DNA of 64,000 bases from the human T2T-CHM13v2.0 reference genome, Homo sapiens: the NCBI RefSeq assembly GCF_009914755.1, contig NC_060943.1; one strand, 5' to 3'. The notes below the pieces were generated by a model. It was not told the origin of the DNA. It saw only the letters and a program-made list of their open reading frames with translations, and made no database searches. The first letter of the stretch is position 1; every line of letters begins with the position of its first letter. Positions 26,810-39,640 of this stretch are shown here, one piece after another. Both the position numbers and the translations under genes were made by a program.

Positions 26810-28639
26810 CCTGGTGTGTCCCCTTTGTATTGGTATTTTGTGACTTTATCTTAGTTATTTATCTGGTTATCTATTTATGGGTTTGTCTTCTCTGTGAGAG
26901 TATCACATCCACCAGCTGTTTCTTGAATTAATGAAATACTGAATAAATGAAAACTTTCTGTGTGTGATTTGAGATCTAGGAGAGAGAGGCATGGAATTTT
27001 GCTGAGGCAAGGTGACATTGGTATGGAGGGGAGAGGGTACTTGATGAGAACCAGAAGGAGCCAGGGGGCTGAACAGGAGTGGGACCAGGAGAGAGATTGG
27101 GAAGAAAGTAGACTGGATGGGATCAAACCTTATGGGAATAAACAAAAATCCATCTCTGACAGCCAAATCCCCCCTGCATGCATTCTGGCTTTTATTTTTA
27201 ATCTGGAGCAAAACATCCCCTGGCCTGACTCCTCTGACTTGGGTCCCACACAGCAAATCAAAGCCCAAACAGGGCGGGTCCCAGGCTGGGCTTTCCTGGA
27301 AAAGTGAGGAGTGGAAATGAGCCTTGTGGTCTCACCCCAGCCCTGGAAGGCCATTTGTCTGTAGGATAAAGGGGTCAGGCAATGGCCCAGTTCATCATGA
27401 CTGGCAAGGCTGCCCCAAGAGGCCCAGAGCTGGATAGACACAGGTCAGTTTCCTGCACAGCCAGCCAGCCCTCGGCCGGGAATTCTTACATTGCGCTTTC
27501 CTGTTGGCACATACGGCTTTGTGTTTTGTTGATCAATTTTAATGAAAAAAAATAAAATGAAATAAAGGAGAAGCTGTCTTCAAGTGTTAAATGTTATGTG
27601 CATAAATCTTGCTAAAACTGTGAAGAGAAATACCCCTATATAGGACTTAAGCTAAAATCATCTCTCCCAAGTTGTCATGTTTTTAATTTGTTTGTGTTTT
27701 TTTTACAAATTTTAGATAGAATAATTGGTTTTAGAAGCATTGCTCTGATAAACCTTCCTCTAGGGACTCTGTGGAGAGGTTCTGGTAGAGTTGAGCCATG
27801 TGTTCAGGGTTAGATTGGGTCTCAGAGGCTGGCACAAGGGTGACATGAAGGACAAGGTTCCTCCTTGGCAGGGTCTTCAGGAAAGGGAGCACATCCTAGT
27901 GGGGAGAAGGAGGCTCTGGCTCAGGCCCTTGGTGGGTACAAAGGGGCAGGAGTGCCCAAGGCACAGGGCCTCAGATGGAACAGCTGTGTGTCTGCTCTCT
28001 GTTGCTCTGAGTGGAGGCGGCCAGTGGGGCCCTGGCCAGGAGCAGGCAGGGAGTGGTGAGCATTCTTCCCCCATCTTCCTGTCCCTGAGCACTGCAGGCC
28101 TGGCTGGCATCAGCCTTTACTTAGCCCCGCATCTCTGCCCAGTACTTGGGAAGGTTCTGGTCTGGGAATCAAGAAGATGGAGACACAGCCCTACCCTTAG
28201 GAGCCTATGATTATTACTTCTCTGTAAAATGAGAGAAGGCTCACTCAGAGACAAGGAAGGGAACCCATGAGGGGCTGCAACTTGGGTCTGAGGGGAAAGT
28301 TCTGTGTGGGCTGAAGGAGGAGGAAGCCCTCTGGGGTTGGGGGCACCTTGAGTCAGTTTTCACAGTGGTAAAAAGAGAGGGATCTCTAGGTAGGTGGTGC
28401 AGACTGAGGCAAGGCCAGGTGGTGAGAATAATCCAGCCCAGGGGACATCCAGGAGAGAGGCTTGGCTGGACCCACCAGCAGAAGTCCTGTAGATCCATCC
28501 GGACCAAAGGAGGTGAGAGGCTGTGTAGGGGAGGAGGGGTGGGCACATGTTTCAGAGTTGACAATCAAGTTTCTAACTATCACAGATGATTTTGGAATAT
28601 ATAGTTGGAAGAGAACTCAGATGAGTCAGTGAGAAGTGA

Positions 28640-29500
28640 TCTGAAAGAAAAATGGAGAAAGATATGAAGAGATACTTTACAGAAGTGAATATCCAAACAA
28701 CCCATGAACCTATGAAAATCTGTTCAATCTCACTAATCATCAGAGAAGTGCAAATTAAAACCACAATGAGTCCAAGCATGGTGTTTCGCTTGTAATCTCA
28801 GCACTTTGGGAGGCCAAGTGGGGAGGATCTTTTGAAGCCAGAAGTTTGAGACTGGGCAACATAGCAAGACTCCCTCTCTACAAAAATAAAAATAAATTAT
28901 CCAGGCATGGTGACACACACCTATAGTCCCAGCTCCTAGGGAGGCTGAGGTGGGAGGATTGCTTGAGCTAAGGAGGTTGAGCCTGCCATGAGCTGTGATT
29001 GCACCAGTGCACTTTAGCCTGGGTGACAGAGACTCTGTCTCTTAAAAAAAGGAAATACTGAAAAACAACAACAACAACAACAAAAAACACAACGAGATAC
29101 CACCACACAAACTGGCAAAATTGGAAGGACAGAAAGTACCAAGAGCTGACAAGAACCTGGAGCAAACAGGGCTCTCATGCCCTGCTGGTGGAAATGGAAA
29201 CTGGTAGAATCACTTGGGAAAACTGGCAGTATCTACCATGTGTACCCTCCATCCTGGCAATGCCACTCGTAAGAATGTACCTGGCAGAAGTATGTGCATA
29301 TGGGGCAATGATAGCACCTGGCCCTTGGGTTGCTGTGAGCAAAAAGAGAATATTCCTGCCCTATCCCAGCAGACTTTTCCCAGCAGCATAGTATAGAATT
29401 GCTATAAACTGGGACCTATCCAAGAATCCATCAGCAGAAGGATGCATCAATGGACCATGGCGCCTTCATACAGTGGGTTACTGTAGGCATGCTGTATTTC
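28640..29500 (+). mobile_element. Ancient L1 (L1ME-like) 3' region, split by AluJ and a 63-bp foreign insert
   Basis: CTCACTAATCATCAGAGAAGTGCAAATTAAAACCACAATGAG...CTGCTGGTGGAAATGGAAACTGGTA...AATCCATCAGCAGAAGGATG. Confidence 0.78.
28770..29085 (+). mobile_element. AluJ-like
   Basis: GCACTTTGGGAGGCCAAG...GGGAGGATTGCTTGAGC...; tail drifted to (CAA)n; TSD remnant CACAATGAG/CACAACGAG. Confidence 0.9.
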
Positions 29501-30090
29501 AAATTAAACATTTCTGAAAATGACTTGGATTTGGGAGGAGTGAGATGTGCTAAGCTCTCCTGTGCCCCCAGAAGCTGCAGGAGAGACATGATATAAGAGA
29601 ATGGCCAGCCGGGTGGTGTCAGCATGGTTGCCCTCCCTCAAGGGGCCCCACGGGAATCTCCATGTAATCTCCATCCCTTGCCTTCCCAGCCTCGGGGCTG
29701 CTGGCCGTCTGCAATGTTCCTTGGCTTCCAGCCACATCCCTCCACTCTCTGTTCCATCTTCACATACCCTTCTCCTCTGCATGCCTTTGGGTCTCCTCTC
29801 TAGCTGCCTGTCTCTTACAAGGACACATGTGCTTGCATTTAGGGTAAGCTTGGAAATTCCACGATGAGCTCCTGCTTTCAGCATCCCTCACTTAAATCCC
29901 AGTGTTTGCTGTAAAATGTAACAGTCATAAGTTCTGCGCGCTGGGAAGCAAATAGATCTTTGGGGGTTGCTTTTTTTCCCCATTTGTCTGCTGACCACAT
30001 CTAGAATATAATAACTTGACATCTCAGGGCAGGAATATTCTCTTTTGAAGCTCACAGCAACCCAAGGACAAGGTGCTATCATTGCCCCAT
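29300..30090. repeat. Inverted repeat pair 29300-29362 / 30026-30090
   Basis: 63 vs 65 bp arms with 3 substitutions and one 2-nt indel; 663-bp spacer. Confidence 0.93.
29612..29999 (-). mobile_element. MLT1C/D-like LTR fragment
   Basis: CCCTTGCCTTCCCAGC...TTCCTTGGCTT...TCTCTTACAAGGACACATGTG...CATTTAGGG...GACCACA. Confidence 0.78.
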
Positions 30091-30665
30091 TTTATAGCAC
30101 TGCGCAGAGAGGGGAGGCGGGGACAGAGCAGTGACATGAACCTGATGTTCACAATGAGAATAAGACAAATGTTTAGAGGCTCCTGTAGTCCACTTTCTGG
30201 CTTCCCCTCATCTACTTTTGTAATCAAACACCACGGACTGGGCATTGGTGGCTGCAAGTGTAGACAATGGAGGCTAACAGGCCTGGGCTTAGAGCTGCCT
30301 CAATTTCCTCATCATGTCAATCTCACAGCAGGGACAGCCTGAGCATGAAAGGAAACAACATATGAAGATACTTAGCTCAGGGTTAGCAAATAGTAAGCTT
30401 CCCATTGATGATAGATATGATCGTTCTTTTTGTTTAATTGAACAAATGTTTCCCAGTCCCTCCAGCATGCTAAGCCCTGGGTGGTAGTCACAGTTTGCAG
30501 AGAGAGCTGTCAGCATCTCCTGGCTACTGGGACTAGCTGGAGTGATAATAGTATTCAGGGCAAATGTCAGTTGTTCCTCATTCGCACCCCTCCTTCATTC
30601 CTGCTTGCCACAAGGATCTATCCTTAACAGTCCATGTTAAATGTTGGCATAAAGAAGGTGCTATC

Positions 30666-30983
<318 letters not shown>

Positions 30984-31270
30984 TCACAGGGCAAAAGGTA
31001 CAGAAGGAAACTGTGCTCCAGGGTGAGACATGTCATCAGAAGGCTGTCATCTGGACCTTGGAGGAAGGACAGGTGAGTGATGCCTCCTGTAGAAGATAAT
31101 GCCTGAGCTGAGTCCTGGAGGATGCAAACACCACGTGCTTCAGCTTCAGGTGTCAATATCTGAAAGTTGGCTGAAGAAATGTGCACCTGTGCCTCTGGGG
31201 AAGATGGTGGTGGAAATCAGGAAATATAGTAGTTGAAGACAGAGCAGGAGACCTGGACTGCAGAAGGCAC

Positions 31271-31306
<36 letters not shown>
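31271..31306. repeat. (TGA)n trinucleotide microsatellite
   Basis: Twelve perfect TGA units. Confidence 0.95.
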
Positions 31307-31319
31307 GCATGATGGTTGA

Positions 31320-31803
31320 ATGGTCAGGATCCTAGTGGGAAACCCAGGACACACCCAAGGTTGACTGAAGAGCTTCCTGACAGGACTACTCACAACAATG
31401 GGGAAAGGGACTAACAGAAAACAGCAAGGGAAGATAAAACACTCCAGGGCTATCAGCAGCAGCAACCTCCATCACCTTGTGACCTGAAGGGCCAGGGAAG
31501 GAGCAGTAACCAGAACCCAGAGAGAGCTGTCCAGTGGAAGAGGTCATCTGATAACCTTTGCCAGGAGAATACAGCCACTGTCCATGGTGGCCCAGAAGAG
31601 AGAAAGACAGGGGAACAAATACTCTGACTGTCCTCTGATATCCATCTCTTGTAGTGCTCCCAATTAGCCATTCCCAACTAGAAGTCAAAGAGTAAGAGAG
31701 CCTATGGATGAAGTCCACATTGGTCAGCTTCCTGGAGTACAGAGCAGGGTGGAGGAAGATAGAAAGTAGATTTGGAGGGGGGCAAACAGAGAATCTATCC
31801 CCG
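31320..31803 (-). mobile_element. LTR33-like ERVL LTR
   Basis: Reverse strand reads GGATAGATTCTCTGTTTGCCCCCCTCCAAATCTACTTTCTATCTTCCTCCACCCTGCTCTGTACTCCAGGAAGCTGACC, the LTR33 start. Confidence 0.8.
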
Positions 31804-32128
31804 TGATGAAGACAATGATGATGGTGGTGGTAACAGTGATAATTGTGGTGGTGGTGATGGTGCTGGTAAGAATGATGATGGTGGTAGTGGTGACAGTGGT
31901 GTTTGTGATGGTGGCAATGATGATGGTGGTGGTAAGAGTGATAATTGTGGTGGTGGTGATGGTGGTGGTAACAATGATGATGGTAGGTGGTGGTGGTGGT
32001 GATGGTGGTGGTGATGGTGGGGGTGATGATAATGGTGGTGATGGTGGTGGTAACAATGATGATGGTGGTGGTGATGATGGAGGTGGTGGTGGTGGTGGTG
32101 GTGGTAGTAAAGATGGTGGTGATGATGA
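31804..32128. repeat. (GGT/GAT)n compound trinucleotide repeat
   Basis: ~325 bp of TGG/TGA units; produces the His-, Thr-, Pro-, Val/Met- and Gly/Asp-rich ORFs. Confidence 0.95.
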
Positions 32129-32215
32129 CTACCATTTATTGAGCTCATATAGTGCCACTCAGCGTTCTAAGGGCTCTCAACCTTCACACGAGCCCAGTAA
32201 GATAGGGAGGTAGAG
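32129..32215 (-). mobile_element. MIR 3' portion
   Basis: CTACCATTTATTGAGCTCATATAGTGCC. Confidence 0.6.
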
Positions 32216-32480
32216 ATTCTCAGAGATTTGGGAGATCTACATACAGCCTAACTGTCAGAGCTGGCCTCTGCTCCCTTGGACCTCCCTGAAAACACAGGAA
32301 TTGGTAAAGCCCCTGGTCCTGGCAATTTGTATTATAATTACATTTGAGTTTGTTTGTGTTCCTTACCCCTCTGTGAGCTCCTCTAGGTAAGTTTAGTATC
32401 TGATTATTACTGTAGACTAGGGCTTGGCAGTGTCTAGCAGGGTATCTGCTACTCAGGAATTGCTAAGCCAATGATGATTA

Positions 32481-32524
32481 GTGAGTGAATGAATGAATGA
32501 ATGAACGAATGAATGAATGAATGA
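32481..32524 (+). repeat. (GAAT)n, L2 tail-derived
   Basis: GAATGAATGAATG run following degenerate L2 3' motifs. Confidence 0.85.
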
Positions 32525-35084
32525 AGAGTCTGTGACTTCCAGTCCTAGATAGCAAGGTACGGGCTGTACACCTGCTTTCTACAGAGCCTGGCCCACCATA
32601 GGCACTTAGCAAATGTTGGAGATAATCCAACACAGTGGCACCGTGACATTTCTGTTTTCTCTGGTGCACGTTTCCTCACATCTAAACATGGACTGAAAGA
32701 CATCCAAGCTTTTCAAAGCTATGTGGTTTCCTGAAATTTCCACAAGCCCAAACTCTGAGCTAAAAGTGAGGATGTTTGTCCTGTGTCTCAATGCTGCACA
32801 TGGAAACTCACAGCCCAACATAGCTCAGAATTGCTAATCACCTTGGGATTGTTGTGTTAATAAGTGAAAATACAGAAACACAAACCTGTCTTCCTGTTAA
32901 TGTTAATTTTGGTCCCAAAAAATGTTGCTAAAACATATTGACGGGCATGTCACAGATGTTCCTTCTTTCATACATGCGAGATGCTGAATGTGAGAGCTGG
33001 ACGCTTTGACAGGATTTCTGTTGCTTTTATGATAACCGCCATCAGGCCATCTTCCTACCACTGGGGCCCGGCCCTTTATCTGGCCATTCTCCTGTGCAGA
33101 GGCTCACGCTGGGGCAGGCATGTAATTCTGTATCTACTACCACAACCTGCACAATAGACTGATAAAGGTAAGCAGCTTGAAAAAAGATGAGCGATGTCAC
33201 CATCTTGTCAACTCACCTGCTAATTTCAGTATATGCAGAACATCTGTAACAGCCTGCTTGGTGGAGGACTAAGTTGAATCTCAGGTTGTTCATTCCCAGA
33301 GCTCATTAGGGGGAGAGATGACACAATGGCAGGGCAGGTGGCTCTCCAGTTTGACACCAAGGTTTTTAACTCATCTGGGTAGCAGAGATTTAGATCCACT
33401 TACCAGTTTTTGAAGAATCAAGCAGAACAGCACCACCTTCCCTCATCTTGCAGTGGCCATGTTTAAGCATAAGAAGGTGTCTCATGATTTAGTGTGATTA
33501 CCAAAGAGGAAACCCATCCAGAATCTTCTGGCTTCATGGCCTTTTCCTTACCATGCAGGAAGCAGATTGGCAGGGACCTCAGCAAAGGGGCAGGGTAGGT
33601 TCTGGTAATATTTTAGGCCTGGTAATATTACCAGGGGTCATGTTATCTGTTTTGGAAGATGTACCATCTGAGCAGAGAGAAGAAGGGTTTTCTCCATGTC
33701 TAAGGGGTTTCTTTTAGAATCCCTCTGCAGTAGCAGTGCTCTGTGGCTGGGTCAGAGGAGAGAGAGAACCACCGTAGTGGCTTGGGGAGGGAGAACGGAG
33801 ACAGTGGGGCATTAAGGAGCTAGACTTATGCCAGCTACCAGGAAGAGGCTCTATGCTAAGCAGAAAGCATGGGCATCCCCCTCCAGACCCACACCAGCAG
33901 AATTTGTGTTTTGTTGGTGTGCCCACAGGCTGACAGAAGAAATGCAACAAGGAAGAAAAATGCAATGAGGAAGTGAAGGTACAGTCCCAGGCCAGGGGAC
34001 TTGGAAAGTGGCCTTCTGCTTTTTTTTGTTGTTGCTGGACATTTTTTCTTTTTGCAATATTTTCAGCCAATTTCATCAAATGAAAAATTGCCACCTCGTT
34101 GTGGATGCTTTATTCTGGCTAATTAGCACTGATGAGGAATCCTGGGTCAAGCTAAGGACACAGCTACATGCAGGACTCCAAAGAGAAGCCAGAAGGAACT
34201 GGAGTCCTGGCCAGATCCTCTAGAGTCCGTGCTCCTGCAGGCATCTCCACTGCAGGTGAATGCAGTGTCTGTCATCCCCACTGCAAACCATGATTGTTCC
34301 CATATGGATTGAGGCATCCTGAGAGCCGCATGCTCTACATAGAGATAAAGTAATTTTTACTATTCCTCCAATGTGGAATAGGAACTTGGAGAGTGAGCTC
34401 CATCAGTCTCTGCCCAGATTTGGAGAAAGAACCCAGATAGAACCACCTTTTCCAGAGGCATTGAGAGCAGGTTCAAGCTGGGGAAACATCTTCCCAAATA
34501 AACATTTCTGTACCGATGCTGTGAATCCAGCAAAAACGAAGAGTGCATGGAATTGTTGGCCAGATGCAATCTCAGAGAGCTCTTGTTCCAGGGAGAAATG
34601 AATCCCTCAGACAATAATCCTCAGCTCCTCCTAGCTGCGCCCAGCTGAAGTCTGCCTAGGGGATAGTGGAAGGCACTGTTTCACTCCACAGTTTTGGAAA
34701 TGTGCATGCAACATTTCTAGGTCACACCAAAATGCACGGCCCGTGATGAAAAATCCAAATCCTAGGCAGGTCTGAGGACCGACCCTAAACTCCCAACCCA
34801 ACCCAAGAACCTCATTCCAAGTGCTTCTAAGGAAAGCAGAGAGTCAAATAGAATCCCTCAAAGGAAAGGAGAAGCTAGCTGGTGTTTCTTGCAATGTCAG
34901 ACACGCCTCAACTTTCCCTTTAGAATGGCTTTCCTTTGCAGATAGAAGTGTATTGCTTTAACCCATACAACACGTGTCCAATGTGTTAAAAGAAGATAAG
35001 TTTCTTAGACAAAAAAATACATATGTAAGACTCTAATTCACAGAGGACAAGTAAAGTGAGACTCATGGGCCCTAAAATAGGTAT

Positions 35085-35432
35085 TGTGATGTTTAATTTT
35101 ATGTGCTAATTTGACAAGGCCACAGTACACAGGTAACTGGTCACACACATCTGGATATTGCTGTGAAGGTATTTTTTAGATGAGACTAACATTTAAATCA
35201 TTAGATTTAGAGTCAAACAGGTAAATCTCCATAATGTGGGTGGGCCTCATCTAATCAGTTGAAGGCCTTAAGAAAAAGAGAGATTTTGCCCAAGGAAAGG
35301 GGAATTCTGCTAGTAGATTGCCTTTGGATCTGAACTACAACATCAACCCTTCCCTGAGTCTCCAGCCTACCAGCCTGCCCTGCAGATTTAGGACCTGACA
35401 GCCTCTACAATCATGTGAGCCAATTCTATGAG

Positions 35433-35492
<60 letters not shown>

Positions 35493-35498
35493 CATCCT
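35085..35498 (+). mobile_element. MLT2D-like ERVL LTR ending in (TC)n at 35435-35492
   Basis: TGTGATGTTTAATTTTATGTG...CATAATGTGGGTGGGCCTCATCTAATCAGTTGAAGGCCTTAA...AATCATGTGAGCCAATTC. Confidence 0.88.
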
Positions 35499-38494
35499 TA
35501 GAGGACAAAAAGAAATTAGCCTTTGCCAGTGTAGGTGCTGTCATAATGACACTGATTCAACACATGCCTTTTCCCTGCAAAGCCTGAAGGCAGGGTGCCT
35601 CGACACCCGGCTTAGGTCTTCTCATTTTCATGAAAGATATGTTGCATGAAAAATGGCATTCTGAGGCTCGTCTTGCTCTGAGTGAAGACTACTCTGAGAA
35701 TCAGAAAACGAAACACTAGCCAGACATGGCAAAAAACAAACAAACAAAAAATCTTAATTGCTCGAATTGCCACTGAAACCAACCTTCCAGAGAATTGCCT
35801 GACTCTAAAATTGGAAGGCCACAGAAAGGCAGCAAGCAGGTTGGGAACCAGGTGTGTTAGGGGGTTTTCTTTCCTGCATTTCATTGTTTTAAAGGCGTCT
35901 TGATCCATGGGTTGCAATATGGCTCAACCTGTAAGGAGGGAGAGGTGAGAGGTCAGCCACCCTCTGCTGTAGGGAGCTGATGTTTCCACCTCTTACATTT
36001 CGATGAGCAAGACATTTTGCTTCTTCATCCCCCAAAAGGAAGAGGTGAACAGGCGCTGGAGTGTTTTGACTGAAGAGTCTTTGGTGTTCCCTTTCTAATA
36101 AAGGGCCATATATTAGTGCCGAACAGTCATTTTTTTGAGCACTAAAGTAATACCAGTACTCTCATTGCTCAAGAAATTGCTGAGCAAAATCTTCCAACAA
36201 TGTGTCTCCCCGGCATTCCTTAACCCTATTGATAATGATAAAGTCTCATAAATCTAGGTAAATCTTTAATTACGCCTTCAGAACGTGACGATATTATGAC
36301 CGTGATATAGTCATAAAGGGCACATTCAAAATTAGCTCGGTATACATTTTATGAATATGTAAAAGGGTAGAGGTGGTGAGAGTTCAAAAGCAAAGACCAA
36401 AAAAGGATGTATTTTTTCTTCTTTGTTGCAATCATCTGTTAAGACGGGATCTTATTTTCTTTTTTAAGATAATTGTAGGAAAAAGCTCTCTTTCTTGTCT
36501 TCTATAGTTTTTATTAAAATCCAAAGCACCGACTTTGTGAAGAGCCCTATTTCATGTTACAAAAACTGCGAGATTAAATAGAGGGAGTATTTTCTTCTGT
36601 GTTGAAACACCTTTTGGCCTAAAAATTGTTCGTCCTTGTATTAAATGTGTGTGAAACATTTATGGAGAGAGGCATTTCTTTGCACTGTTTTACTGAGGCC
36701 GTAACAAAGCTTAGAGTTTGTTTCATTCTCTACAATCAGGGTGATTACAGCCTCATCTGTCTCCCACCCCTGCATTTGGTTAGTAGCCCTATGCAATTTA
36801 TTTTTATCTTCAGCCAATGCATATATTTTTACTTGTGTGAATAATAGGGGAAAGATTAAGTTCTTTTATTTTGCTAATTAAACTGCATTTTTCTAAATCT
36901 CATGAGGTAGTAAGTGACAGAATTAACAGGAGCACTTTGCAGAGTTTTGCTATTTTCCTGATTAGATTAGAGGTATTTGATATTGAAGTCAGAGCTGATG
37001 AAGTGGTTTCCTCGATGTGAATGAATGCATGACCCTAGTTTATCACCGCGGCTTCATAAAGAAGTCTTCCTTACTGTCAAGAAAGCCCAACCAAGAGTGA
37101 AAATGACATTAGCAAAAAGCTAAGCAAAAGGTCAGCAGAGCAGAATGAGAAGGGAGAAGGAAAAAATGCATTCCTCTGCCTCTTTATTTTTCCCCCCAAG
37201 GGGTTAAGGAAGATTGTTCAGTTACAACCTCTGTGCTGAGCAGAGCAGGGTGAGCCTCAGAACTGTACCCTCCTGAGACAGGGACACCTTTCTCAGCCTC
37301 TAGAGTTTGAAGGTAAAAATTTTATGTTAAAAAAACAAACAAGGAAACAACAACAAAAAAAAAAAACACAAGGGGAATAGAAATGCAGAGCGAGGAAAGC
37401 TCCAGCTCTCCCTTCCCTTCCGCCAGTGGCCCCCATGCAGACTTATTCCCATAAGCATCTCCAGACTCCTTTGGGCTATCCTGGGCCTCCTCCGGAGCTG
37501 GGCTTAAAGCTCTTCTTCAAGGCAGCCAGGGGCCAACTGAAGGCAATAAGCAAAGGCAACTTCTCCCTCGCTTCCTCACACCTTCCCTTCCTCACACCTT
37601 CAAGCTCCCCAACCCCAGCTTCCTAGCCCCTTAGGGGAGGGAAGTAAAATGAAGGAGTGATGTCAGACAAACCAGAGGGGAAGATCAGAATAGGGGTGTG
37701 CTTTGCCAAATCCTCTATGGTGAACAGAGGAAAGACATTGCGGCAGGGATGAGGAGAAGCCTGCAGAGGGAGCTCAGTGGAGTCTGGACCATGCCCAGGA
37801 CTGGGCATCTTTCAATGGTAAGTCCAGGCAAGGCCATTGTGTGTCTATTTGTTACATGATTATCCCCTTCTTCTCTTAATCCCTAATCTTGTCTTCCCCA
37901 GAGACACATTATTTTCTTTTTAATCAAGGTATAATTTGCATATAGCAAAAGACACATAAGTGTAGAGACAGATGAGTTTTGGCACATGCACAGCCACGTG
38001 CAATTCACATTCCTATTAGAATATAGGATGTTTCCATCACCCCAGGAAGTTCCATCATTATCCTTCCCAGTCAGTGCCTGCCTTCCCACCCATCCAAGCA
38101 ATCACTGTTCTGGTTTCCATTTCTAACTATAAATTAGATTTTTCCTGTTCTAGAATTTTATAGAAATGGAATTCTACAGAATGAACTCTTTTGTATCTGG
38201 CTTCTCTCACCCACCACAATGTTTCTGTGGCTCTCTGTTGCGCATAACCATAGGCCACTCATTTCTACTGCTGATTTGCATTCTGTTATGTGATTCTACC
38301 ACAATCTTTTCATCTGTTCTTTTAACGAATGTTGGGGTTCCTTCCGGTTTTTACCCATTATGAATCAAGTCGCGGTGACCGTTCTTGTACAAGTCTTTTG
38401 CAGACATATATTTTGATTCCTCTTGAGTAAGTGTGTAGGAGTGGAATTGCTGGGCTCTAGGGTAAAGAGTATATTTAATTCTATGAGAAACTAC

Positions 38495-38876
38495 TGAGAT
38501 GGTTTGGCTATGTCCCCACCCGAATCTCATCATGAGTTGTAGTTCCCATAATCCCCATGTGTCACGGGAAGGACCTGGTGGAAGGTAATAGAATCATGGG
38601 GGGCGGTTACCCTCATGCTGTTCTCATGATACTGAGTGAGTTCTCACAAGATCTGAATGGTTTTATAAGAGGCTTTTCCCCCTTTTGCTCAGCACTTCTT
38701 GCCACTGCAATGTGAAGAAGGACATGTTTGCTTCCCTTTCCCCCTTCTGTCATGATTGTCAAGTTTTCTGGGGCCTCCCCAGCCATGCTGAACTGTGAGT
38801 CAATTAAACCTCTTTTCTTGATAAATTACCTAGTCTTGAATATGTCTTTATTAGCAGTGTGAGAAAGAACTAGTCA
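38495..38876 (+). mobile_element. THE1C/D MaLR solo LTR nested in L1
   Basis: TGAGATGGTTTGGCTATGTCCCCACCC...GAACTGTGAGTCAATTAAACCTCTTT; 5-bp TSD ACTAC/ACTAT. Confidence 0.92.
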
Positions 38877-39264
38877 ACTATCAAACTGTTTTTCAATTTG
38901 GTTTCACCATTTTTCATTTAGCCAACAATGTAAGAGAGCTCTGCAACCTGTTTATTCCATATCTTCACCAACATTTAGCATTGATAGTCTTTTAAATTTT
39001 AAGTATTTCAGTGATTCTGTATAGCTTTCCAAATATGGTTTTAATTTTCATCCTCCTTCTGATCACTTTTTATATGCTTTTTATATGTCATTCAAATATC
39101 TTTGTGAAGTATTTGTTCACATGTTTTGCCTATTTTTAATGGAGTTCTCTTATTCTTACTGAGTTGTATGAATTCCTTATATATTCTGAAGACCAGTCCT
39201 TTTCCAAATGTGTATATTACAAAATCTTTTTTCTTCATCTTTAGTTGCCAACTAATATATTTTA

Positions 39265-39640
39265 TTCTTTTATTAACATGCAGTAAATTGAGTTCTTTTG
39301 GGGTACACTTCTCTTACTTTTAACACATGTAGAGATTCATATAACCACCATTACAATCAGGACACAGAGCATTTGTGTCACCCCAAATGACTCTAACCTT
39401 TGTGGGCACATGCTCCCCACCCATAACCCCTGGGAACTAGTGATCTGTTCTCTATCACCATATTATAGTTTTTTTAAAAAATAAATAAACAGAACACCAT
39501 ATAAATGGAATCACACCATATGTAACCTTTTGAGGTTGACTTCTTTCACTCAGCATCTCTGAGATTTTTCCAAGCTGCTGTATGTATCAGTAGTTCATTG
39601 ATTTTTATTGCTGAGCAGAATTGCATTGTACCAATTCACG
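39265..39640 (-). mobile_element. Second L1 3' end (L1MD-like) nested in the older L1
   Basis: TTTAACACATGTAGAGATTCATATAACCACCATTACAATCAGGA...TGATCTGTTCTCTATCAC, a separate 3' terminus within the host element. Confidence 0.7.

Noticed and set aside
31386-32213. His-, Thr-, Pro- and Gly/Asp-rich ORFs
   Set aside because: Translations of the GGT/GAT repeat, open in several frames at once.
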